37,213 bases of DNA from Candidatus Limimorpha equi. Lineage in GTDB: Bacteria > Bacteroidota > Bacteroidia > Bacteroidales > F082. A program made the translations under genes and the position numbers. The notes under the pieces are model-generated. The model worked only from the letters and a program-made list of their open reading frames with translations. It searched no databases and was not told the origin of the DNA. The stretch is from the NCBI GenBank assembly GCA_018065885.1, contig JAGHSL010000041.1, positions 1 through 37,213 on the forward strand, in the 5' to 3' direction. Below are positions 7,839 to 17,200 of this stretch, one piece after another. How positions within the stretch are numbered: position 1 is the first letter of the stretch; every line of letters begins with the position of its first letter.

Positions 7839-9404
7839 CTATAGTTCCTCCGGTTCCATGCCCACCGAGAAGACCTTACCGCTTGATGCGCCAACATACT
7901 TGTACCTTACTCCATAATGCGCTTGCTTCAACATATCGCAAAACTCCTTATTTTCCTCATTATTAACAATTTCACTCCTCAACAACGATTTCATCAAGTC
8001 CTTATTCCTATTCATTACGTCCAGGTCAAGTTTCAACTCATCACATTCATAAACGTATGTGAAATATGATTTATCCAAGAACACATCGGTCAGAACCATC
8101 CCATTGCCTAAATCAGTCGGGGTTTGGCTTTTAAAATAGTTGGCAGTGTAATCCAACAGAGCCTTGGGGTCATGCAAATCTTCGTCAGATTCTTCAACCA
8201 CTTCTTCAACCACTTCAGGCTCTGTTTCAACATTCCATACAGCAATCTCATACGGCTCAATGCACACTGCGAGCATCTTCCCACTTGACTTGCCAACATA
8301 CTTGTATTTTACACCATAATGCACTTTCTTCAGTATGTTGCACAGTTCCCTGTTATCTTCATCATCAAAAAACTGGCTCTTGAGCATCAATCTTACCAAT
8401 TCTTTATTCTCTTCAATCATATTCATCAGGTCAGATTCCGACTCGTCTAATTCAAAAACGTATGTGAAGTAAGATCCATCAAGAGTCACCTCGGTCATAA
8501 CCATTCCATCCGACACTTCCGTTGGGGTTTCAAGGTCTGCCAAAACCGCAATAGCTTTCAATAGTTCCATTGAACCCTCATCGTCTTCATCAATGTCATC
8601 ATCCTCTTCTGCATATAACTCCGAAGCATCATACACCAAGCCTTCAACAACCTCATTCGGTTCAATATATATCGTACAGTCGTCTCCGCTTAACGAACCG
8701 ACAAACTTGAAAATCACTCCATAATGTAATTTCACCAACAAATCATAAATGGCTTGATTCATAAAATCATCAGAATTGGAGATAAATTCCAACATTGACA
8801 CCTTTAGCACGTTCTTGTTCAAATTCAAATCATCAATGTCAATTATCAACTCGTCACACTCAAACTCGTATGCCATGTAACGTGCATCATAGTAAATATC
8901 AGTCATCGTCATTCCGTCACCACAATCCATCGGGGTTTGGAATTTTCCATTATCAACAAAAACTTTTAACCTTAACAGAGGATCGGCATCAGCATTCGAA
9001 AGGCATTCTTTCAGTTCTTTGGTTGTATAGCGCATGGTGAAAGACTCGTTATAATCGCCATTAATTACGATTTTCAATTCAGCATCTGATTCTACTATGG
9101 CTTCAAGCAGTTTTTTGAATTCGTCAGTCTCGTTATTGGCATAACTCAGAAGCATATTGTTGCGGAAACTTTCCTCGTTTGACCTGGCGCCATTAAAATT
9201 GAAGCCTCCTTTTGCAACCAAATAGGTCAAAGTCACCACATGACCGTCATATTCAGCCTTATCGAACCTAAAGGCATCGCCTGTATTGGCTTTATTTAAA
9301 TTGTTCAGCCTCCCAACAATCTCCCTAAGATCCTTGTCATTGTTGCCGTATGTGGCTATTGCCGTCAAAATGGCGGCAAGCATAATGTAAATCTTTTTTC
9401 TCAT
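7839..9404 (-). CDS. Secreted repeat protein, module architecture A-B-B-B (paralog of 6715..7479; lipobox Cys replaced by Tyr)
   Basis: 521 aa. The N-terminus MRKKIYIMLAAILTAIATYGNND is collinear with the paralog's signal peptide, but Tyr sits where the paralog has Cys. The three B modules end HYGVIFKFVGSLSGDDCTIYIEPNEV, HYGVKYKYVGKSSGKMLAVCIEPYEI and HYGVRYKYVGASSGKVFSVGMEPEEL. About 35 nt of 5' leader is also shared with the paralog. Confidence 0.75.
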   Translation of the reverse strand: MRKKIYIMLAAILTAIATYGNNDKDLREIVGRLNNLNKANTGDAFRFDKAEYDGHVVTLTYLVAKGGFNFNGARSNEESFRNNMLLSYANNETDEFKKLLEAIVESDAELKIVINGDYNESFTMRYTTKELKECLSNADADPLLRLKVFVDNGKFQTPMDCGDGMTMTDIYYDARYMAYEFECDELIIDIDDLNLNKNVLKVSMLEFISNSDDFMNQAIYDLLVKLHYGVIFKFVGSLSGDDCTIYIEPNEVVEGLVYDASELYAEEDDDIDEDDEGSMELLKAIAVLADLETPTEVSDGMVMTEVTLDGSYFTYVFELDESESDLMNMIEENKELVRLMLKSQFFDDEDNRELCNILKKVHYGVKYKYVGKSSGKMLAVCIEPYEIAVWNVETEPEVVEEVVEESDEDLHDPKALLDYTANYFKSQTPTDLGNGMVLTDVFLDKSYFTYVYECDELKLDLDVMNRNKDLMKSLLRSEIVNNEENKEFCDMLKQAHYGVRYKYVGASSGKVFSVGMEPEEL

Positions 9405-9433
9405 GATAAATTTGTGTTTGTTATTGTTTCTGT

Positions 9434-11203
9434 TTAACCTAATCCAAATTTTGGAGCAGTTTTTTTTGCTTCTTCGCCCACTAACGAATCAAATGTCCTC
9501 AAGTCAATAATTACTTGCAAATAATGCTTCAAACCATCTAAACGATCATTATTATCGTCATTGCCGATTTCGTTTTTGTATGCACTCTCATATTCATCTT
9601 TTTTAACACAACGTGCTTTTTTAATAATATCGTCAGCTTGTCGACTCAGTTTTGGATCATCTACTTCGTATTTCTCATAAAACAGCTTGCCACCGTCTTT
9701 CACATTCTCCCATGTCAGGCAAAGGAACAGCTTTGATTCCTGACTGACATTTATCTTTTTTTTCTTATTTTCCACAATCGGCTCGGCCACCTCTTCTGCA
9801 ACTGTTTCCTCAACGCTATCCATCATTATGCTCTCGTCATATTCAACTACATCTTCTTCAATTTCCTCAATTACATACTCATTATCATCACGGCTTGCCT
9901 CCATAACACTATCGGAGCCGCGTTTATACGAAATCAACATAACCACGGCCAACGATGTCCAGATCACTAAAGCAGTTATCGACCGTTTACCGGCAATCGG
10001 ATTTTCAGAAGCCACAGGTTCTTTCGGATTGGCTCCATATTCGTTGTCACCACGTTCACCATTTTTGAAAAGCATCACATACGGATAAAATGGTATCAAT
10101 TGGAACCATCCGGAACGTCCAATGTCGTGACACCGTTTCGCGCCTTGGACCAACAGGACCCAAGATGACAGAATCCAGAGAAGAACCCATGACAAGGAAA
10201 AAAATGATATGCAAGACTCAGGACATCCTTCTTCATCAATCAGATACGCAAGCTCACCTGCTGCCATCAACAACAGAAAAACATGTATCATGAAAAAGAC
10301 TACTGTAAGCCCATATTCCAATCTCCGTATCCTGCCTTTGGGTGAAAGCACATCATGAAACATTCTGGCTTTTTTCCCTTTAACTGGTGGAATTGGTGGA
10401 ATTGGCGGGCCATATACGCATGGATGATCAATTCGTGGATCAGGCATTATCCAATCCTTGGATTGTGGATTTACATCTACGGGCGGATTCACATTGTCGG
10501 TTCGCATCGGTTCCGGCTGCGGTTCTGCATCAGCCGGTTTGTCAGCAACACTGTCGGCAATGGGATTCCGACTCTTTTCCATCTCGGCATTCGGTTCAGC
10601 CTCGGCTACTTCGACCGAAGGAAGCTCCCTGTCGGCAGTCAGAAGCCCCTTTCCGCAAAACACGGTTCCGTATCGGGCAAAGCTGACGCTCCACATATTG
10701 CAAAGCATCTGCGAAAGGCCGCCTTGGTAAAAGGCGACTTCGCCATCAGCCGGAGCCGTGTAGCCCGAAACGGCTCCGCCTTCAGGCACAAGGCTCCCCT
10801 CCACATCCTGCGACAACGGACTGAGGAAACTCCAGTCGCACTCATTCTGAATCACGTTCTGACGGATGAATTTCGAGTGGTTCAGAATCATTTCCCTCGA
10901 AATCCGTCCAAGCACGGCCTCGTCATCTAACCGCTTGCCTCGCGGTATCAGGAAAGAAAACATGAGGTAGGCAGGTGCGTAGTTGGTGTCGAAAGCCCGC
11001 TCCACGCGGTGAAGCCACATCCCCGACGGCGCCGCACTCATGGCCCAGCCTGTGGCGGGCGTGCCGTCGCCATACTGATTCGAAAGGTAACGACGGATGT
11101 CGTGGAGGACCTTCACGTCGCCATCGGCCAGTGAACCTCCGTCAACGGCAACGTCCCGACGGTAGCCCGTGCCCAATATGCCATGTACAACAATTGAAAT
11201 CAT
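9434..11203 (-). CDS. Membrane protein: conserved cytoplasmic 'head' domain + DUF805 membrane domain + extra TM + acidic linker + one 'LTWENV' module
   Basis: The track start at 11209 is TTG; ATG at 11203 gives MISIVVHG.... The head and linker span nt ~11203-10400. The DUF805 blocks RIRRLEYG...AKRCHDIGRSGW...GDNEYGANP span nt ~10363-10019. TM is ITALVIWTSLAVVMLI. The C-terminal LFLCLTWENVKDGGKLFYEKYEV...DEYESAY...RLDGLKHYL spans nt ~9733-9515. Confidence 0.85.
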   Translation of the reverse strand: MISIVVHGILGTGYRRDVAVDGGSLADGDVKVLHDIRRYLSNQYGDGTPATGWAMSAAPSGMWLHRVERAFDTNYAPAYLMFSFLIPRGKRLDDEAVLGRISREMILNHSKFIRQNVIQNECDWSFLSPLSQDVEGSLVPEGGAVSGYTAPADGEVAFYQGGLSQMLCNMWSVSFARYGTVFCGKGLLTADRELPSVEVAEAEPNAEMEKSRNPIADSVADKPADAEPQPEPMRTDNVNPPVDVNPQSKDWIMPDPRIDHPCVYGPPIPPIPPVKGKKARMFHDVLSPKGRIRRLEYGLTVVFFMIHVFLLLMAAGELAYLIDEEGCPESCISFFSLSWVLLWILSSWVLLVQGAKRCHDIGRSGWFQLIPFYPYVMLFKNGERGDNEYGANPKEPVASENPIAGKRSITALVIWTSLAVVMLISYKRGSDSVMEASRDDNEYVIEEIEEDVVEYDESIMMDSVEETVAEEVAEPIVENKKKKINVSQESKLFLCLTWENVKDGGKLFYEKYEVDDPKLSRQADDIIKKARCVKKDEYESAYKNEIGNDDNNDRLDGLKHYLQVIIDLRTFDSLVGEEAKKTAPKFGLG

Positions 11204-11302
11204 AGTCAAAACACACTAATTCTTGTTAATTTCACTTATTTTGATAGCCAAAACATCATAAACCTATCACCTGACACCCAAAATAATTCACCATTCTTCC
11301 TT

Positions 11303-12097
11303 TCACTTCCGCCCAATAGGTAGTTTGGCCCATGCCTGTTTTGCAAGATAGGGAAAATCAGCGTCCAAATCAACGCCATATTCGTTCATCAGGTATCTCT
11401 TGAATTCCATCAGTTCTTTCAACGTACTGATTTCACTGCCTTTACCTTTGTCGAGTTCGTCCTTAATGTAGCCATGCACGGCCAGCAAACCGTCGATGTT
11501 CCATTTCGTGTCGCATCCGGTAATAAGCTTCAACCCGTTCTGATACCTTTTGTTTTTTTCGGCATCATACTCCTCCTTCAACGAAGACGCGCTTTCTGCC
11601 AACAGCAGCAAGTCGTCAATCTTCTTAGGATAGTTTGTGCCCAACAGCTTCTGGTGCAGCTTGAGTGTCGGAACGCTGGCACAAGGATGCCGGTCATCTC
11701 CGCGATACAGCTCGTCAAGCGAATGGCTATCGTAATATTTGCGAAGCTCGTCAATCCATGCCATTTCTTCCTTTATCGAATCGATGGCGGTGTTTGCATT
11801 TTCCATACTTTCCTTCGCCTTATCACATTGTTGCTTCACATCTTTCATCCTGGCATCAATTGCCTTGCCCTGAAACCATTTGTCGTTCATTCCGTTGTAA
11901 ATTTGACATAGCGAATCCACTTCGTTTATCAAATCGGCAACACGCTGATTGAGATCATTGATCTGAGTGGAATCGACGCTGCCTTTAGCCTTCCCAACGG
12001 CAGGCTTGGGATTCTTCCTAACGGTCTGGGCATTGGCCGTGAATGAAAGCAAAACTGCAAATAACAATACTATCTGTTTCATGGTTGTCGTTTTCAT
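11303..12097 (-). CDS. Secreted alpha-helical/coiled-coil protein of unknown function
   Basis: 264 aa with signal peptide MKQIVLLFAVLLSFTANAQ. It is helix-rich and charged. The C-terminal DADFPYLAKQAW resembles APDAYPYLYGVL of the upstream gene product. Its ATG overlaps the upstream stop (ATGA at 12094-12097). Confidence 0.6.
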   Translation of the reverse strand: MKTTTMKQIVLLFAVLLSFTANAQTVRKNPKPAVGKAKGSVDSTQINDLNQRVADLINEVDSLCQIYNGMNDKWFQGKAIDARMKDVKQQCDKAKESMENANTAIDSIKEEMAWIDELRKYYDSHSLDELYRGDDRHPCASVPTLKLHQKLLGTNYPKKIDDLLLLAESASSLKEEYDAEKNKRYQNGLKLITGCDTKWNIDGLLAVHGYIKDELDKGKGSEISTLKELMEFKRYLMNEYGVDLDADFPYLAKQAWAKLPIGRK

Positions 12098-12969
12098 AAC
12101 TTATCAATTAAATTCTTAATATCTTTGGTCGGGTCATCTATCTTGATTTTCATGGTTTCCATCAGCACGCCATACAAGTAAGGGTAAGCATCGGGAGCGA
12201 ACAATTCCTGATCGAGTTCCGTTTCTATTATTTCATAAAAATCTTCAAGATAATTTTTTATGATAATATCCGCATCTCCTTCTTCTACTTTCTTCATTTT
12301 GCAAACGAAATCCAATACAGTTTTCAGCTGTCCGGTCATGCGTCCGTAATCCTTGAGGCGTGTAGCTATTTCCGAGCACTTTGATTTTTCCGAGAGATGA
12401 ATATCATTGGCCTTTGCCATTGCATCCAGTTCGGCAGCAGCCGAGACGACACGTTCGCTTACGGAAGCGTAGGGTTTGCTCAACAGGGCTTCGGCCCTAT
12501 GGCAAGCCAGCAGATCGCTGACGGTTTTTTCCGATTCCTTATCGCCGAGATGTCCCTTGACCTGCAGCAGCATGACGGTGTCGTAATCAGCATACAGATT
12601 TTTGAACCAATCCTTATCGCCCTTATTGCTGCACAAGTCTTTTTTCAGCACGCCTTGGGCATACTTGAGCCGGGATTCAACGTCTTTACGGACGCTTGCC
12701 AGACTATCGGCTTCTTTGCGCAGCTTCTCAAGTTCAGCATTTCCCTTTTCAAATTCATCGATGGCTTTTTGCCAGCGGTTCATATCCGCCAACTGCTTCC
12801 CTGCCTTTTCAAGGTCTTTTTCCGACCATCCGCATGTGGCATCCGGCGCTGTTTTCACATCCGGTGCTTTTTTCCCTTTGGATTGTCCGTGTGCCCATGC
12901 CGGGACGGTCACGCACAGCATCATGATTGCCAACTTTGTGGCAAAACGGCATTTCATCATTCTTTTCAT
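12094..12969 (-). CDS. Secreted alpha-helical protein of unknown function (distant paralog of 11303..12097)
   Basis: 291 aa with signal peptide FATKLAIMMLCVTVPAWAHGQ and coiled-coil-like sequence. It overlaps the next gene by 4 bp, implying translational coupling. Confidence 0.6.
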   Translation of the reverse strand: MKRMMKCRFATKLAIMMLCVTVPAWAHGQSKGKKAPDVKTAPDATCGWSEKDLEKAGKQLADMNRWQKAIDEFEKGNAELEKLRKEADSLASVRKDVESRLKYAQGVLKKDLCSNKGDKDWFKNLYADYDTVMLLQVKGHLGDKESEKTVSDLLACHRAEALLSKPYASVSERVVSAAAELDAMAKANDIHLSEKSKCSEIATRLKDYGRMTGQLKTVLDFVCKMKKVEEGDADIIIKNYLEDFYEIIETELDQELFAPDAYPYLYGVLMETMKIKIDDPTKDIKNLIDKL

Positions 12970-13231
12970 AAGTATAACTGCTTTATGTGATAATTAAAAA
13001 ATAACCTATAACGATAATAGTTGTTTTTTTCGCTTTGCAAAACGCAAATTATCGTAAATGAATCATAAATTATTAAAAGTTATAATTAAATGTATATCAG
13101 TTAATTCGCATTAATTTACGGCTGATTTGTGGCAATTTGCGTTCAACAGGAAATCAATGGCTAATGTTTAGATGTGTTACACACTTATTTTTTAGCGTTA
13201 CTATATCATTAAACGATTCCTGCAAAATTTC

Positions 13232-13307
13232 GGGGCGGCAAGGCTTTTGCCGATTGGCGTCGGCCCCCTGAGCCTGCCGAAATGACGAAGCATCCTCAAT
13301 TTCGGCA
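13232..13307 (-). terminator. GC-rich double hairpin ending the 13-gene cluster (putative intrinsic terminator or structured element)
   Basis: Hairpin 2 has the 9-bp stem tgccgaaat (13275-13283) / atttcggca (13299-13307). Hairpin 1 pairs ggggc (13232-13236) with gcccc (13263-13267) and encloses ggcaa/ttgcc. On the minus strand GAAATTTTG follows. It lies 48 nt downstream of the stop at 13355, in an otherwise AT-rich 385-nt spacer. Confidence 0.35.
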
Positions 13308-13354
13308 AGCTCAATGAGCGGACTTCTCAAGCTACCGTGCCTCCACATTAAATG

Positions 13355-14281
13355 TTACCGAGATGGCTTTGGGAACGCATCCAGCATTTCATTCCAACGC
13401 TTGACATTGCCGTTCACATCGCCCGAACTCACTCCATAGAGCGACTTAGCCATGTTCTGGTATAAGGCCATCTCACTGTCCTTATCGGCTATCTTGTTGA
13501 TTACAGAACGATACTGGCTATCGGTAGGAATGTCAGGAAGGGCAACCTTTCCTTTTTCCATCAAGGCATCCACGAAAGCCACATGGCCGCTGTGGAGCTT
13601 TTTCTGAACGGCTGCTTTCCGCGTGCTTTCGTAGAGCGTAGTGTTGCTGACTGGAGCGCTTGCCGTGGGCACATTGGCCAAGAGATTCTCCACCGTCTTG
13701 TAGTTCCATCTGTCGTCGATGGATGACGGAAGCTGCTTGCTTTGCCTATTCACATTCGAATTGTAATTTACAATTACACGGTATTCCTTGCAGATCCCGT
13801 CGATTTCCATCAGGTCGCTGTTGCTCTTTTCCCCTTTGAGGAAGTCCGCTGTCATGGCCTCGATGCTTTTAAAGTTATCCCAGTTCCAGCTTTTCTTTGC
13901 AAATTCGCTTCTTGCCATGGCGATGAAACGCACCAGGCAGCGGTTGCGGATGACCACGTTCACGCTCGTCATACATTCTGGTTCGACGTTCTGATTAGCG
14001 AAAAACTTACGCAGCTCTTCGGGAAGCGCCTGCAGCTTCTTGAAATCGCCGTCGCCGACGGCATTGACCTGCGCCTCAATGAGCTTTCCGGCCGAAGCCA
14101 CCGTCCCTTCGCATACTTCAGGAATTATGATTTCTTCTTGTTGCTGTTGTTCTGGTTCGTTTGTGGCAATCTTGTAGATTCCGAAACCCAAGGCGGCTGC
14201 TATGGCCACCACGATAATGATTTTAATTGTTTTCATTGGTTTGTGTTGTATTATGATTTTTATTTTATTGCAATTTTCCAT
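13355..14281 (-). CDS. Single-pass (N-terminal TM) protein of unknown function, last gene of the cluster
   Basis: 308 aa. ATG at 14281 overlaps the upstream gene by 17 nt. The alternative ATG at 14236 gives MKTIKIIIVVAIAAALGFGIYKIA (signal-anchor). I recognised no known motif. Confidence 0.6.
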   Translation of the reverse strand: MENCNKIKIIIQHKPMKTIKIIIVVAIAAALGFGIYKIATNEPEQQQQEEIIIPEVCEGTVASAGKLIEAQVNAVGDGDFKKLQALPEELRKFFANQNVEPECMTSVNVVIRNRCLVRFIAMARSEFAKKSWNWDNFKSIEAMTADFLKGEKSNSDLMEIDGICKEYRVIVNYNSNVNRQSKQLPSSIDDRWNYKTVENLLANVPTASAPVSNTTLYESTRKAAVQKKLHSGHVAFVDALMEKGKVALPDIPTDSQYRSVINKIADKDSEMALYQNMAKSLYGVSSGDVNGNVKRWNEMLDAFPKPSR

Positions 14282-17200
14282 CTAAAGCATTTACTAAGCA
14301 AGTCAAAATATCCCAATCATTTTTTTTATTAGCTTCTGAGGAAACATAACCATTGGCTCTTTGAAATGATTGTTCATATTGATCTTTGCCCATTTTTCTT
14401 GCTCTATCTTTGATATTTGAAATTTGCTTACTATACCTGTCGACGCTATTATTCAAAGAAAATTCCTCAAAATACTGATCTATAGTTAACTCTGCAGCAT
14501 TGTGATAATTAAGGCTGTTGAATATTTCATTTATTGTGTTTAGTGTTTTCTTCCCACCGCCATCACCATCTGATTTTTCAACAGATTCCTGGGCACCCAG
14601 GGAAGTACTTTCACCTTGAGTATCTTGGAGCCTTTTTTTCAGATCTTCCACCCAACCAGTCACTTTCTTAACCATCTTAGAATCAGGATATTCACTCTGA
14701 TAATTATTGAGGAAACCTTTACATTCTTCTAATGTCTTTGTATTTTCATAAAATTTTTTAAAAGCTTTCACCGCTCCAACATCTTCTGAATACCTTCCGC
14801 CATACTTGCCATCACCATACTTTTCAATAAAACCACGGGCAGAATCTGGCCCATCTACCATATTAAGCTCTTCCCATTCTTCCCTTTCCTCTTCGGCATT
14901 TGCTAATGATTTTTTTTCTTTTTCCCTTTCATTAATCCATTTGTTCACCTGCTTTCTATGTGCTTCAGACATCGGGGCTGTCAAATCACCAATTTTATCC
15001 TTAATCTCATCATAAGACTTCATATCTACATCATTCCATTTCTTTTCCAAGAAGCTAAGTCGGGCAAAATTCACGCTATCGCGATGCCTGAAGTCACATT
15101 GTTTTTGGTACAAGCTTTCAAAAGCGAGATACAATGAATCCTGTTGGGCTTCTTTTTGCTTTTCATTTTTTTCCAATCCTTCAATTATCTTCAGACATTC
15201 TGAATGACATTGTTCTGCACCTGCCATAAGTGTGAAATCGCCACAATAACATTCAAAGCCTTTCACCTGATCATTGAAATGTTCCATTCTTTCCTTTTGT
15301 TCTGCAAACACGTTGTTGTCGTCCTTCAGAGCCAAGGCCAAAGCCAATGCACCGCCAACCACAAGCAGAAGCGACACGACCAACAGGAACATGTATTTTG
15401 TCCGGAGCTTCCTGACAACCTTGTATGGCTGAGGTTTTTCGGTTTCTTGCCGCCAAACAACCTCTTCCTCATCTCCAAGTTCCAGCCTATACGAATAACG
15501 GTCTTTCTCAACTTTCGCAAACTTTGGTTCAACCGTAGGCATGTCTTGACACTCAATCACAAGCCTATGATTTTTTTTGTCATAGGAGATACCTTTATCT
15601 TTGATGATTTCATCAGGACCATTTCCAAAGACAGAAAATTTCTTCGATTTCTTATCCAGCAGCAGCACCCACTTCTTTATTGGCTTTTCTACCGGTTCTT
15701 CTTTTTTCCTAACATCTTTATCTTTGTAGGTGTTCTCTTTTCTCTTTGGCCGTCCCGGGTCTGAGGCCGTTAGCTGAACGGAAACGCCGGAGTTTGCCGA
15801 GTTGGACCCGTCGTGCGGGGAATTTCCTCCGGCTTTGACCGGAGGAAGCGAAACGGCTTCTTTCTTCTTAAAATACAGTTTCACATTCCCATTTGAATCA
15901 TCGCATTTGTCAAATTCCAGACCTTGATCAGCGTAACACCTTTTCAGTTCATCGATTTTTGCATCCAATTCGTTTTTCCGGACGGACATTTCAGAAATTT
16001 TCTGAAAATCAAGTATAATCTTTACCGTGATTAGCGGATACTTGGCCTTTATTGTCACGGTTCTGTTTGCGGCATCCTCCTGTGGCGGAGCCACTTCAAG
16101 TCCTGCGACATTCAAACTGCGTTTCAGCTTTTCGATTTCCGTGTATTTTCCGTTTTGCTTCACTGGGAATGTTCCTCCGTTTACGGGCGAAATCACGTTG
16201 ATGGTCCAAGTCGGGTTGAACGTAAGCTGAACATCAACTTTACCAACAGTGCCGTCGGCAATGGCGACAGACAGTTCATTATCATCGTAGCCGTTGCAGC
16301 TCACCTTGACGGTCCAGACCTCGTCACATTCCTCTCTCTCAAACTTGTAAAGTCCGTTTTCAGCAGTTCTTTTTTCCCAAGACGAGTCGTAGAACTTGCC
16401 TTTTTTCCATTCAACGGTAGTCTCTCCACTTAGAAACAGATTTCCAGTTGCTTTGTCAATGATTCGAAGCGAAACCGATGCGCTTTTGGGGACGAGAATG
16501 GGCAGCTCCACATTGATGGTTTCGCCATCCGAGCTTTGTGTGCCGGAAGGGATATAGACCTCGGCAGGCCTATAGCCACTTCTTTCGAGTCTGCCGCACC
16601 GGAAGTCTCCTGCACTTGTTTCCAGTTCTTTCTTTTTGACAGATGATTTCAAGCCATTAGTGAAGTATCCGTTCGGGTTGTTATATTCAATGGCATAATC
16701 GATGTCGTCGATATCCACATCGTTTGTCGTCAGCACTTTGTAGCCTTCTTCGCCATTGTCCGACACCATTTGCGGGTCGAGCAGGCTTTCGGTAAGAAAC
16801 ACCTGTTCGAAGTTGGCAAAGCCAGATTTTAGGAAATGGGGATATTGGAAATAATCGTCCACGCGGTTTTCGGCCCCTTGCATCAAGGCCGTGCGCGATG
16901 CGTCGCCAACTCGAGGGTGCTGTTTCCAATGCTTGCTTTCCACCAGTTTGTTCAGTTCGTCGGATTTGTCTTTCACAAACGACCAATCGACATCCACATT
17001 AGCCATTCCCCCCACGATGTGCATCTTGTATTTCAAGACAATATCGTCCAAAGCCTTCTTGATTTCGGTGCCAGCCAGTTTTTCTCCCTTAGGCAGGAAA
17101 AGGCTGGCCATCATGAAACCGTCGCGGCCAAAACCATCGAAAAGAAGAATCAGCTTATGGAACAGGACACCTGTAGCCAAAGGCTGAAAGCTATAGCCTT

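Noticed and set aside
13154-13348. 64-aa minus-strand ORF in the spacer after the cluster.
   Set aside because: It overlaps the GC-rich hairpins, has no recognisable motif or signal, and is most simply a by-product of the palindromic sequence.
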